From the NCBI GenBank assembly GCA_015059195.1, contig SVAW01000001.1, positions 13,939 to 77,938 of the forward strand: a stretch of 64,000 bases of DNA, read 5' to 3'. Source of the DNA: Bacillota bacterium (GTDB taxonomy: Bacteria; Bacillota_I; Bacilli_A; RF39; UBA660). Under the pieces are notes generated by a model. The model was not told the origin of the DNA, ran no database searches, and saw only the letters and a program-made list of their open reading frames with translations. This document shows positions 29,372-39,213 of this stretch, piece by piece. The position numbers and the translations under genes are program-made. Position 1 is the stretch's first letter, and each line of letters opens with the position of its first letter.

Positions 29372-30067
29372 ATGGATTTTATTAGATTAAGAGGAGTTAG
29401 TAAAACATACAAAACAGGAGTAACCGCGGTTTATGATTTAGATTTAACAATCGAAAAAGGTGAGTTTGTATTCATCATAGGGGCCACAGGTTGCGGAAAA
29501 AGTACTTTAATAAAAATGCTTTATCGTGAAGAAAAAGCTGATAAAGGACAGATTATTGTTGGTGGAATAGACGTTAATAAATTACGTAACGGTAAGGTTT
29601 ATAAATTAAGAAGAAAATTGGGTGTAGTTTTTCAAGACTATAAGCTATTACCTAAACTTACTGTTTATGAAAATGTCGCTTTCGCATTAGAAATTTTTGG
29701 ACTTTCTAAAGAAGAAATTCATCCTAAAGTAATTAAAGCTTTAGAGTTGGTTGGCCTGAAATCTAAAGCAAAAAGTTTCCCAAGTCAACTATCTGGTGGA
29801 GAACAACAACGTGTAGCTATCGCTAGGGCAATAATCAATGGACCTAAGTTATTGATTTGTGATGAACCTACTGGGAACTTAGATGAAGCGACTAGTATGG
29901 AGATTATGAAAGTGCTAGATGAAATAAATAAGCTAGGGACAACTATTATAATGGTTACCCATGATACTAAGATTGTTGATAAGATGAAAAAACGAGTAAT
30001 CCTACTAGATTCAGGTAGAGTGTTAAAAGATTATAAGGAGGGAACATATAAGCATGAAGACGTTTAG
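29372..30067 (+). CDS. ftsE: Cell division ATP-binding protein FtsE
   Basis: GATGCGKST, GVVFQDYKLL, LSGGEQQR, DEPTGNLD; upstream of ftsX. Confidence 0.93.
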   Translation: MDFIRLRGVSKTYKTGVTAVYDLDLTIEKGEFVFIIGATGCGKSTLIKMLYREEKADKGQIIVGGIDVNKLRNGKVYKLRRKLGVVFQDYKLLPKLTVYENVAFALEIFGLSKEEIHPKVIKALELVGLKSKAKSFPSQLSGGEQQRVAIARAIINGPKLLICDEPTGNLDEATSMEIMKVLDEINKLGTTIIMVTHDTKIVDKMKKRVILLDSGRVLKDYKEGTYKHEDV

Positions 30068-30953
30068 AATATTATATAGAAATATCAGAGATTCGTTTAA
30101 AAGTGTATTTAGAAACTTCTCCTTATCGATTGCGTCTATTTCTTGTATTACAATTACATTAATAGTAGTGGCAATTGCGATTATACTTTCAGATAACGTT
30201 AATAATTTTGCAACTTTAGTAGAAAAAGATGTAACGATAGTGGCTTTTATCGATAGTGCAGCAACAGATACTGATTTAAATAACATAGAAAATAACATAA
30301 AAGCATTGAATAATATTGCAAGTGTTACATTCGAATCAAAAATGGACATTATGCAAGATATGATGGATTCATCTGAAGTATTTGATAATATCATGTCTGG
30401 ATGGACGGAAGAAGACACTCCAATTCAAGATACATTCTTAGTTAAAGTAAATGATATCGAAGATATTAGTGATACAGCTAGTGAAATTGGGAATATGGAA
30501 TTTGTAACTTCTGTAAAATACGGAGAAGGAATGGTAGAACAACTAATTTCTGTATTTGATATTGTAAGAAAAATTAGTTTAATTGTAGTTGCTGCCCTTA
30601 TCATTGTGACTGCATTCTTAATTTCTAATACAATTAAGATTACTATTTTTTCAAGAAAAAGAGAAATTTCAATTATGCGTTTAGTAGGTGCTTCAAACAT
30701 CAATATTAAAATACCGTTTATTTTAGAAGGATTGTTATTAGGTATTTTAGGGGCAATTATTCCAATAATTTTAACTACGTTTGGTTATGTTGCGCTATAC
30801 AAACATTTTGATGGACAACTATTCTCACCATTTATTAGATTAGTAACTCCAGAACCATTTATTTATGTAGTATCTGGAATACTATTAGTAATTGGTATGG
30901 TTGTTGGAATGTTTGGAAGTTGGAGAGCAGTAAAAAAACATCTTAAAGTATAA
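30054..30953 (+). CDS. ftsX: Permease-like cell division protein FtsX
   Basis: ISNTIKITIFSRKREISIMRLVGA, PFILEG. Confidence 0.93.
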   Translation: MKTFRILYRNIRDSFKSVFRNFSLSIASISCITITLIVVAIAIILSDNVNNFATLVEKDVTIVAFIDSAATDTDLNNIENNIKALNNIASVTFESKMDIMQDMMDSSEVFDNIMSGWTEEDTPIQDTFLVKVNDIEDISDTASEIGNMEFVTSVKYGEGMVEQLISVFDIVRKISLIVVAALIIVTAFLISNTIKITIFSRKREISIMRLVGASNINIKIPFILEGLLLGILGAIIPIILTTFGYVALYKHFDGQLFSPFIRLVTPEPFIYVVSGILLVIGMVVGMFGSWRAVKKHLKV

Positions 30954-30973
30954 TACTTCAATTCATAACAATT

Positions 30974-30999
30974 AAGACACATAAAAATGTGTCTTTTTT
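30974..30999 (+). terminator. Rho-independent terminator after ftsX
   Basis: AAGACACAT-AAAA-ATGTGTCTT plus T run. Confidence 0.7.
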
Positions 31000-31014
31000 C
31001 ATATCCTTAATTGG

Positions 31015-31809
31015 GTGATAAGTGTGAAATTTGATATAGGGGATTTAGTTACTAGGAAATCATATAACCATGATTTAGTATTTATAGTCACTGACATAAT
31101 TGATGGGACATATTATTTGAAAGGCAGCAATGTAAGATTATATGCGGATAGTCCAGAAGAAGATTTAGATGAGTATTTAGATGATGAACCAGATGCAGAC
31201 GAAGAAAAGTTTATGGAAAGAATTAAACCCAAAAATGATTTAAATCGAACAGATTACTTTTATTTGCCCGGGAAAATTTTACACATCGATGGTGATAAGG
31301 ATTATTTAAATAAGTGTTTAAAATATTATGATGAAGCCAATATTTGGGCTATGGGTATATGTGAGAAGGAAGAAAATATCGCTATGTATATTAAAGAGTG
31401 GCTACAAGAGTATAGGCCTAATATTGTTATTATTACTGGACATGACGCTTATTATAAACGAATGGGCGAAAAGAATGATTTGAGTTCGTATAAAAATAGC
31501 AGTAGTTTCGTAGAAGCTGTAAGAGAGGCTAGGAAGTATGAACAAAGTCATGATAAATTAATTGTTATCGCGGGTGCTTGTCAATCGGACTATGAAGAAT
31601 TAATTAAAGCTGGGGCCAATTTTGCCTCTAGTCCTAAAAGAATTAATATTCATGCGCTAGATCCTGCAATAATCGCAACTAAAATGAGCCTATCAGATAT
31701 AAATAAAGATATAGATTTGAAAAAAATTTTAGAGCAAACAAAATATGGTAGTAATGGTATTGGTGGAATTATAACAAAGGGAACGATGTATATTGGTTAT
31801 CCAAGATAG
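31015..31809 (+). CDS. yabG: Sporulation peptidase YabG
   Basis: VTRKSY, RLYADSP, PGKILHIDGD, ITGHD, AGACQS, GANFASSP. Confidence 0.95.
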   Translation: MISVKFDIGDLVTRKSYNHDLVFIVTDIIDGTYYLKGSNVRLYADSPEEDLDEYLDDEPDADEEKFMERIKPKNDLNRTDYFYLPGKILHIDGDKDYLNKCLKYYDEANIWAMGICEKEENIAMYIKEWLQEYRPNIVIITGHDAYYKRMGEKNDLSSYKNSSSFVEAVREARKYEQSHDKLIVIAGACQSDYEELIKAGANFASSPKRINIHALDPAIIATKMSLSDINKDIDLKKILEQTKYGSNGIGGIITKGTMYIGYPR

Positions 31810-31817
31810 GGGGCATT

Positions 31818-32033
31818 ATGACTAGAGCGCAGGTTAAAAAACAACTTTATGATTATTTAGGAGAAAGTGTTACTATCAGATATAATTTAGGTCGGAATAA
31901 GTACGAACAATATCGAGTTAAAATTAAAGAATTATATAACAATATTTTTTTAGTACAAACAGATATAGATAATCAAGTTAAATCGTTTTCATATACGGAT
32001 GTAATTACTAAGACTATAAGAATAAAATTTTAA
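31818..32033 (+). CDS. veg: Veg family protein
   Basis: GRNK, LYNNIF, SFSYTDVIT; follows yabG. Confidence 0.88.
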   Translation: MTRAQVKKQLYDYLGESVTIRYNLGRNKYEQYRVKIKELYNNIFLVQTDIDNQVKSFSYTDVITKTIRIKF

Positions 32034-32107
32034 TAAAATTATTGCAAAAAAGCTATAAATAATATATACTTAAATTATAAGATGGTAGACCGAAGGGAGA
32101 GGATTTC

Positions 32108-32365
32108 ATGAAAATAACATCTGTAAATGTAAGAAAGGTAGAGAAAGAAGATTCTAACTTAAGAGCTTTTGTAAATATTACAATTGATGATGCATTAGCT
32201 GTTAAAGATTTAAGAATCATTGACGGAAATAATGGATTGTTTGTTGCAATGCCAAGCCGTAAAAATAAAGATGGTGAATACCGTGATATCGTTCATCCAA
32301 TCAATCAAGAAGTTCGTGATATGATGGAAGAAGAAATCATTAAAGCATATAACGAAGCAGAATAA
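32108..32365 (+). CDS. spoVG: Septation regulator SpoVG
   Basis: GLFVAMPSRK...YRDIVHPIN. Confidence 0.95.
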   Translation: MKITSVNVRKVEKEDSNLRAFVNITIDDALAVKDLRIIDGNNGLFVAMPSRKNKDGEYRDIVHPINQEVRDMMEEEIIKAYNEAE

Positions 32366-32450
32366 TTGATGTAGTATGCGAATTAATCAAAAAGATATAT
32401 TCTTTGGAATATATCTTTTTTTAATTCATATTATGTACTAGGAGGCATAT

Positions 32451-32738
32451 ATGGACAAGGATTTAATAACAAATTATAATCATACAATTACAATAAATGA
32501 AAGAAAAAATATCAATATTAGTGGAGTAAAGAAGATTGATAGTTTTGATAATGAAGAATTCTTACTAGAAACCACGATGGGTTATATAATTATTAAGGGG
32601 GAGACTTTAGAAATAATTAAATTAGATACATATCAAGGAAATGTGGCGATAAAAGGCAAAGTAAATAGTTTAGTATATATGGAAAATTTAGGGAAAAAAG
32701 AAAAAGAAGAGGGAATCTTTAGCAAGTTATTTAAATAA
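32451..32738 (+). CDS. yabP: Sporulation protein YabP
   Basis: ISGVKKIDSFDNEEFLLET.MG, GIFSKLFK. Confidence 0.92.
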   Translation: MDKDLITNYNHTITINERKNINISGVKKIDSFDNEEFLLETTMGYIIIKGETLEIIKLDTYQGNVAIKGKVNSLVYMENLGKKEKEEGIFSKLFK

Positions 32739-33022
32739 TGAATATAAAGCTCCAATTACTTACATTAATGGTTTCTTTTATTTATGGAATATTCTTTTCT
32801 TTTTTTCTTAGTTTAAATTATAAGTTTATTTATAGTGATAAAAAAATTTTTAAAATTATAATCAGTTTATTAATTGTTATAGTAAGCGTTTTACTATATT
32901 TTATAATTTTAAAAATGATAAATAATGGTATTTTTCATATGTATGAAATATTTTTTATAATTTTAGGTTTTATTATCGAAAATTGGATTAGTGGTATTAT
33001 TGCGAAAAAAACTCATAAATGA
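32738..33022 (+). CDS. yabQ: Spore cortex biosynthesis protein YabQ (short form)
   Basis: Hydrophobic, Q....SF.YG and NNG..H.Y pattern, yabP-yabQ-divIC synteny. Confidence 0.75.
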   Translation: MNIKLQLLTLMVSFIYGIFFSFFLSLNYKFIYSDKKIFKIIISLLIVIVSVLLYFIILKMINNGIFHMYEIFFIILGFIIENWISGIIAKKTHK

Positions 33023-33050
33023 TATAATTAAAAAATAGGAGAGTGATTGT

Positions 33051-33464
33051 ATGGCTAAGAAAGTACCTAAAGCGTCTAAACGAAGATTAGTTGTATTTGG
33101 CCCAATTGCTCTAGGAGTAATTTTATATTTTTTATTTACTATAGGAATGTATGGATATAGACTAATTTCTCTATCAAGACAGGAAGTTAATTTAAAAGAA
33201 AAACTGATTGCGCTGCAAGCAGAAGAACAAGATTTGAAAATTGAAATTCAAAAATTAAAAGATCCTGATTATCTAGCAAGGTATGCTCGCGAAAATTATC
33301 TTTATTCTAAAGATGGTGAGTATATTATTAAGATAGAAAAACCAAAGGCAGAGGTAGATGATGAAGCTAATTATGATAAATATTATGAATACATTATCTA
33401 TGGGGCAGGAATAATAATTACGTTAGTATTTATATACATTATAATTAGAGCAAGAAAAAAATAA
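33051..33464 (+). CDS. divIC: Septum formation initiator DivIC/FtsB family
   Basis: TM plus coiled coil, LKDPDYLARYARENYLYSKDGE. Confidence 0.88.
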   Translation: MAKKVPKASKRRLVVFGPIALGVILYFLFTIGMYGYRLISLSRQEVNLKEKLIALQAEEQDLKIEIQKLKDPDYLARYARENYLYSKDGEYIIKIEKPKAEVDDEANYDKYYEYIIYGAGIIITLVFIYIIIRARKK

Positions 33465-33935
33465 TACTAATTTTGAGATTCCTTTTTCTTTATTGAACAC
33501 CAATTCCAATTTAAACTAAATCCACAAAATTATGATATTTTTAATAATAAACAACTTAATAAAATATAAAAAAAGATGTATATATCTTAATAAAAATCAG
33601 TGTTCAAACCACATTATCTGATGAGTGGTTATATAAACTGTCAGTGCGCAGGACATTTGTTGGGTAATTTGGATTTAATACTAATATAAATGAATCTGTT
33701 TCAACTTACCTAATTTAAATTTATATATAATGTTTGCTACATTATCGTCATAAGTATATAATACAAATTCTTTTGTCTCTAATTCTCATAAATTGCACCT
33801 TCTCATTTGTTGAATAAGGTGTATTTTGATGCCTAAAAATCGAGTTTTCTACAATGCGTCGGTTATTATTAAACTAATAATCTTATTGCAAAAAAAAATA
33901 TAGTTTGTTATACTAAAAGTAGAGGAGGAAAATAA

Positions 33936-34778
33936 ATGATTGTTTTAAGTAATTTTAGTGCTGCGAGAGCAATTTTAGCAAAAGAATGTGCGGCATATTT
34001 AGGATTAACAGAAATACCCGCTACCTTATATGAGTTTGGAGTTAATGTTTCAGAACTTCCTCAAGACACTAATGGTGAAATTTCTGCTAGTATCAATGAA
34101 AGTAGTTTATTAAGTATGGGACTAGTTTATTCATATAATGGAACTTTAACCTTTATTAATACGAATGGACACACAATGATAATGCCTGATTGTGAAATTA
34201 TTAAAGAGGAATTAAGAAAATGCGGTTATTTAATATGTGAGCGTGGAGAGTCTGTCCCTGAGAAAATAAATGCTGATGAATATTCTATTGAATTAGATGA
34301 ATTTAGAAAAAAATATACTCTGTCCGCAGAATTAGCACAAAAAGTATATAAACAAGAACGAGGAACTTCGCCAATAAGATATGACGAAAGTTTTGCTTAT
34401 GATGTATTCTCAATGGATTATTATCGTGGGGGGATTTTGAGTTGTGATCAAACTGTAGAAATAGCTAAGCGTTTTGATTTAAAAAGTAGAACAACTAGAA
34501 TAATCCTATCTTTCTACCATGGTATGCCAAGTTTAACGCATCCAGGAGAAGGGGTTCGTACTTTAGAAGACTATCTTTTACACGGTATGGATCACGATGC
34601 TTTATCTGATAGGAAATATTATTCTGAAAATGGGTTGTTTAAAATTTTTTCCAAATTACAATTGGACTATCAACAAGCGCTAGAAAGAGCAAAAATGATG
34701 TCAACTTATCAAACGCAACATGGCTTAGATGCAACTGGGGATCTTACAGATGAAGTTGATAAGATCGTAAAACCTTAA
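33936..34778 (+). CDS. Hypothetical protein
   Basis: 280-aa ORF with GAGGAGG RBS and TTGCAA-N17-TATACT promoter; no recognised motif. Confidence 0.75.
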   Translation: MIVLSNFSAARAILAKECAAYLGLTEIPATLYEFGVNVSELPQDTNGEISASINESSLLSMGLVYSYNGTLTFINTNGHTMIMPDCEIIKEELRKCGYLICERGESVPEKINADEYSIELDEFRKKYTLSAELAQKVYKQERGTSPIRYDESFAYDVFSMDYYRGGILSCDQTVEIAKRFDLKSRTTRIILSFYHGMPSLTHPGEGVRTLEDYLLHGMDHDALSDRKYYSENGLFKIFSKLQLDYQQALERAKMMSTYQTQHGLDATGDLTDEVDKIVKP

Positions 34779-34817
34779 AATTATTCCGTTTATGGGATTA
34801 TTTTCTAAATTTAAATA

Positions 34818-34853
34818 AAAAATAAGCTTATCAATGTTGATAAGCTTATTTTT
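34818..34853. terminator. Bidirectional terminator
   Basis: Perfect 17-bp inverted repeat AAAAATAAGCTTATCAA-TG-TTGATAAGCTTATTTTT between convergent genes. Confidence 0.8.
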
Positions 34854-35397
34854 ATAGTTTAAAATCATTAGTTATAGTATCTTCAGTATTCTTTCCATCA
34901 TAATATGTTCTAAATTTATATCCAAATATTTTTGCAATAATATTAGTTGGAAATGATCTTGCTAATTTATTGTAATCGGTAATAATATCGTTATAGTATT
35001 TTCTGAATGCTTCAATTTCTGCTTCAGATTCATGTAAAGCAACATCAATCTTAATAAAACTATTACATGTTTTTAATTCTTCGTGTTCTTCTTTATAAGT
35101 TTCAAATTCATTTATCGCGTCATATAGTTGTCTGTCTAGTTCGAAGTTAGTTAATTTACTGGAACGGAGTTTTTTAATTACTCCAAGTACATCGCCTTTA
35201 ATTTTACAATTAGATTTAATTACACCGATAGATTTATTTAATAAATCAAATCTTTTTCTAAGTGTAGCGTCGATATTAGCTTCAGATTCGTTAATTCTAA
35301 TAATATAATCTTGAAAACGATTATAAGTACTAACACATCCGATTAGTAATAGACATACTGCTATAAATGATATTAGTGTAAACATAAAAATTGTCAT
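34852..35397 (-). CDS. LemA family protein
   Basis: N-terminal TM, YN, IDATLRKRFDL, RKYYN...YN...FPTNIIA..FG. Confidence 0.85.
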   Translation of the reverse strand: MTIFMFTLISFIAVCLLLIGCVSTYNRFQDYIIRINESEANIDATLRKRFDLLNKSIGVIKSNCKIKGDVLGVIKKLRSSKLTNFELDRQLYDAINEFETYKEEHEELKTCNSFIKIDVALHESEAEIEAFRKYYNDIITDYNKLARSFPTNIIAKIFGYKFRTYYDGKNTEDTITNDFKL

Positions 35398-35439
35398 ACT
35401 ATCACCTATTTACAATTATAGCAAACGAAATTTTAAAAA

Positions 35440-35811
35440 TCAATTGTTTGGATAAAATTCTGGATTATAATTAATCTTTTCATCAAAAGAAATATAATCT
35501 ACATAAATCATTAAAAGTAGTTGCCATTTTCCTGTTGCAGGATCACTTAGAATTATATGATCTCGTCCAGATTGTTCAATAATTCCATCGAATTCTAAAT
35601 CTCTCCAAGCGTTGGAATCTGGAAAAGTCATATGGACACGTACCTTTTTTCCTCTATTAAGTCTTAAAATATTTTCAATATAAGATTGTTCCATTGGAAG
35701 CTCAGTATCACCCATATAATTTTGCGCGTTTTGTTGATTAGGTGTAGGCATATTTCCATTATATATTGGAGTGCCAGGAAAAGTCTGTTTGTTAAAATAA
35801 CTATTGTTCAT
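35440..35811 (-). CDS. gerQ: Spore coat protein GerQ
   Basis: EQSYIENILRLNRGK, MTF, GRDHIILSDP.TGK..LLLMIY.DY. Confidence 0.93.
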   Translation of the reverse strand: MNNSYFNKQTFPGTPIYNGNMPTPNQQNAQNYMGDTELPMEQSYIENILRLNRGKKVRVHMTFPDSNAWRDLEFDGIIEQSGRDHIILSDPATGKWQLLLMIYVDYISFDEKINYNPEFYPNN

Positions 35812-35905
35812 AAAATCATCCTTTCTATAAAAATATATTATATTTGTATATGTTTATGACTTTTCAACAGCAATAATTAATGTTAAAATAAAATTAGGTG
35901 ATAAG

Positions 35906-36469
35906 ATGAAAATAAATATAGGAGTTTCAAATCGTCATGTACACTTGTGTAATGAAGATTTTAAAAAAATATTTAATAATAAAGATTTAGAGATAGTAAG
36001 ATATTTAACACAGCCTGGAGAGTTTGCTTCTAATCTTAAAGTTACATTAAAAACAGATAAGGGTGTTATCGAAAATGTTAGAGTTCTAGGACCTATCAGA
36101 AAATATACACAAGTAGAAATTTCGAAAACAGATGCATATAAACTTGGGTTAAATCCGCCAGTTAGAGATTCTGGAGATATAGAAAATAGTGAAGATATTA
36201 TCATTGTTGGAGATAATGCGGTTCGTGTTTCTTCTTGTTGTATTATTGCTTCAAGACATATTCATGCGACACCAGCAGATCTTTTAAGATATAATTTGGA
36301 TCCTAATAAAAAGTATAGTGTTAGAGTGTTTGGTGAAAAGGGTGGAGTATTAGATAACGTATCTGTTAAAGTTAATGACAATTATGCTTTTGAAATGCAC
36401 GTAGATACAGATGATGCTAATGCACACTTGTTAGAAAATGGAGTAGAGGGATTAATCATAAATGAATAA
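35906..36469 (+). CDS. pduL: Phosphate propanoyltransferase PduL family (phosphotransacylase)
   Basis: VSNRHVHL, QPGEFA, VRVLGP.R, QVEIS.TD, RHIH, MHVDTDDANA. Confidence 0.92.
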   Translation: MKINIGVSNRHVHLCNEDFKKIFNNKDLEIVRYLTQPGEFASNLKVTLKTDKGVIENVRVLGPIRKYTQVEISKTDAYKLGLNPPVRDSGDIENSEDIIIVGDNAVRVSSCCIIASRHIHATPADLLRYNLDPNKKYSVRVFGEKGGVLDNVSVKVNDNYAFEMHVDTDDANAHLLENGVEGLIINE

Positions 36470-36680
36470 ATTAGGAGTCTGTGATAAATGCAAAGCTGTT
36501 GATTATAAGAGTATAATTGATAGAGTTAAAAAGTTAGACCCAAGTATAGAAATTAATATTGGATGTCAAAATATATGTGGGATTGGTCGAACTAAACCAT
36601 TTGTAATATTAAATCATAAGCCAGTTATTGGAAATAATGAAGAAGATTTATTAAAGAAGATATCTATGTTATTAAAATAA
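36462..36680 (+). CDS. DUF1450 (YuzB-like) protein
   Basis: CDKC, GCQNICG, PFVILN. Confidence 0.75.
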   Translation: MNKLGVCDKCKAVDYKSIIDRVKKLDPSIEINIGCQNICGIGRTKPFVILNHKPVIGNNEEDLLKKISMLLK

Positions 36681-36755
36681 GCAGGAAGTACAAAATTAAT
36701 TTGTGCTTCTTTTTATAAAAATTTAATTAATTAGTATTGAATTAGATATAACTAG

Positions 36756-38714
36756 TTAGTCTTCTTCCTTTATAGTAGGAATGATATCGTCTAAAGGAGA
36801 ATCGGACATGGTTGGCTCTGTTCCTTTTATATAGTAAATAATTTTTTTGTTTTTAGAACTATTTGTTGCGAGTTTTCCTGATATTGGATCTACTAATACT
36901 CCCACCACATTATTAGGAGTTTTATACCATTTATCTTCTTTCCCTTCTAGACAACCCTCAATGGTTTCTAACCAGATGTTTCTAGAAATTGAAATATCAT
37001 CACTTGGGGTTTCACTATTATCATCATACCCAGTCCATACTCCAACTATCAAGTCTTTATTATAACCAAAGATTAATCTGTCACTTATTGTTGTTCCAGT
37101 TTTAATCGCATATTTTTTGGTCATTTTAGATGCATAGTTAAGCATCGTTGGGTAGTTATAGTCTATTAAATCAGCTGAGTAGGTATTAGCTAGCATTTCA
37201 TTTAAAACATATACTATATTTTTATTTAGAATGTTTTCTTTTATTTCATCGGCTTGATATAAAATATTTCCGTCTTTATCTTCGACTTTGCTAATAAGAT
37301 GTGGTTCAACTTTATAACCTTCATTAGCAAATGCGGCATATCCTTGCGTCATTTCAATTAAGTTTATTTCCATAGAACCTAGGGCTAAAGATGGAATTGG
37401 AGAAAGGGTATTATCAATTCCAACCCGTTTTGCCGTGTCTACTAATGTTTCTTCACCTAAAAACAAATGGGTTTTAACTGCATATATATTATCTGAATAG
37501 GCTAAAGCAGCAGTCATGGTGATTGGTTTATCGGCATATAAATCACCGTAGTTACTAGGACTATAGGTTTTATTTTCTGAAAAAGTAAAAATAGTTTTTT
37601 CACTAGTAAATGTTGTTGTTGGGGTAAACCCATTTTCTAAAGCTGCGTAATAAAGTAGAGGCTTCATGGTAGAACCAACTTGTCTATTTGATTTTGTAGC
37701 TCTATTATATTGACTTGTGTTATAATCTCTACCACCAGATAAGGCAATAATTTGCCCATTATTAGGATTCATTACGACGCTTGCTACTTGTATTTTTCTA
37801 TTTTCTGCTGTATTTTTTTTAATGCTTGCATCTAGTACGCTTTGGGCTTTTATGTCTAAATAAGTATAAATTTTTAATCCGCCAGTTTCTAAAAATGAGG
37901 TTGGTATAGTTTTGATACTTTTAAGTTCATCTAAAACAGCGTCTTGGTAATACATTATAGAAGATACGTTATTGGATATTGTTCCGCCTATATATGTAAG
38001 AGTAGTATTATAGGCGTTATCGGCTTCTTTCTCGGTAATATATCCATTTTTTACCATTGCGTTTAGTATAATCTTTTGTCTTTTTTTAGCTGCATCAGCG
38101 TCCACTAATGGAGAGTAATGGGAAGGGCTTTTTGGAATTCCTGCTAACATGCTAGCTTCAGCTAGATTTAAATCTTTTGCGCTTTTATTAAAATAATATT
38201 TGCTGGCATCTTCTATCCCAAATATTCCGCCATAGTTAATTGTATTCAAATACCCTTCTAAAATATCGTTTTTGCTGTAATGGGTTTCAATTCGTAGGGT
38301 TAACCAAGCTTCCTCTATTTTTCTACTCCAAGTTTTATCAAATGTTAAAAATAAGTTTTTGGCGTATTGCTGAGAGATGGTGGATGCTCCTTGCAATGTT
38401 TTTCCATTAATTATATTTACATATAATGCTTTTAGTATTCTTAAAAAATCAAATCCTTGATGGTTATAGAAATTTTTATCTTCTATGGAAATCGTTGCAT
38501 TTTTTAGATGCTCGGAAATATTTTCTAAAGTTACCCAAGATTCATCAGAATTGTTGTAGCTATTACCGCTTATATCATAAAAGACATATTTATTTGCTTC
38601 CTTAATTTCTAGTTTTGGTGTTAGTCTAGCAATTAAATAAAGTCCACCATATAAAAATGCTAAAAATAAGATTACTACGATTAAAACTTTAAAATATTTT
38701 TTTAATTTTTTCAT
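36756..38714 (-). CDS. Class A penicillin-binding protein (transglycosylase/transpeptidase)
   Basis: EDKNFY.H.G, GASTISQQYAKN, RKIEEA, STMK, SDN, KTGT. Confidence 0.93.
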   Translation of the reverse strand: MKKLKKYFKVLIVVILFLAFLYGGLYLIARLTPKLEIKEANKYVFYDISGNSYNNSDESWVTLENISEHLKNATISIEDKNFYNHQGFDFLRILKALYVNIINGKTLQGASTISQQYAKNLFLTFDKTWSRKIEEAWLTLRIETHYSKNDILEGYLNTINYGGIFGIEDASKYYFNKSAKDLNLAEASMLAGIPKSPSHYSPLVDADAAKKRQKIILNAMVKNGYITEKEADNAYNTTLTYIGGTISNNVSSIMYYQDAVLDELKSIKTIPTSFLETGGLKIYTYLDIKAQSVLDASIKKNTAENRKIQVASVVMNPNNGQIIALSGGRDYNTSQYNRATKSNRQVGSTMKPLLYYAALENGFTPTTTFTSEKTIFTFSENKTYSPSNYGDLYADKPITMTAALAYSDNIYAVKTHLFLGEETLVDTAKRVGIDNTLSPIPSLALGSMEINLIEMTQGYAAFANEGYKVEPHLISKVEDKDGNILYQADEIKENILNKNIVYVLNEMLANTYSADLIDYNYPTMLNYASKMTKKYAIKTGTTISDRLIFGYNKDLIVGVWTGYDDNSETPSDDISISRNIWLETIEGCLEGKEDKWYKTPNNVVGVLVDPISGKLATNSSKNKKIIYYIKGTEPTMSDSPLDDIIPTIKEED

Positions 38715-38835
38715 AGTATCACACATCCTAAAGTTATTATTAATAAAAACTACTAAAATATTAGTAATTTGTTAAAAAAACTATAATTTTAAATAAATGT
38801 GTGCTATAATTACAATCAAAAAAGGAGTTATATCT

Positions 38836-39213
38836 GTGTCAAAAATTAAATGTATAGTAAATTTAAAAGAAAATAATGATGTGGTGTTTAGTAATGAAGT
38901 ATTTTATGGCGTAAAAGGTGGCAATAAAATAAGTTATCAAGAAAACGGAATAATGGTAACTATTTTGATTTATGATAATAAAATAATCATGAAACGCATT
39001 CAAGAGAATTTTGAAATATTATTAGATTTTGAAAAAGGTAAATCAAGTGTCGGGAAATATTTTATTAATAATGATAATTTATGGTTGCCTTTACATACAT
39101 TTACTGATACAATCTTAGTTGATGATTCTTATATAAGAATTGATTATCAATTAAGTCTAGATAATGAACCCACCAAGTTTTTATTTGAAATTCAATATGA
39201 GGTGATAGAATGA
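38836..39213 (+). CDS. DUF1934 (YwiB-like) protein
   Basis: Beta-rich small protein directly upstream of argS, as in Bacilli; GTG behind AAGGAG. Confidence 0.65.
   Translation: MSKIKCIVNLKENNDVVFSNEVFYGVKGGNKISYQENGIMVTILIYDNKIIMKRIQENFEILLDFEKGKSSVGKYFINNDNLWLPLHTFTDTILVDDSYIRIDYQLSLDNEPTKFLFEIQYEVIE

Noticed and set aside
34818-34853. 17-bp perfect inverted repeat as a MITE or IS end
   Set aside because: It has a 2-nt loop, A/T tails and sits between convergent genes, which fits a bidirectional terminator.
24427-35860. Candidate sigmaE/sigmaK promoters upstream of yunB, yabG, yabP and gerQ
   Set aside because: CATA-like -10 boxes are present but spacing or -35 matches are imperfect, and such motifs arise easily in AT-rich DNA; not listed as features.
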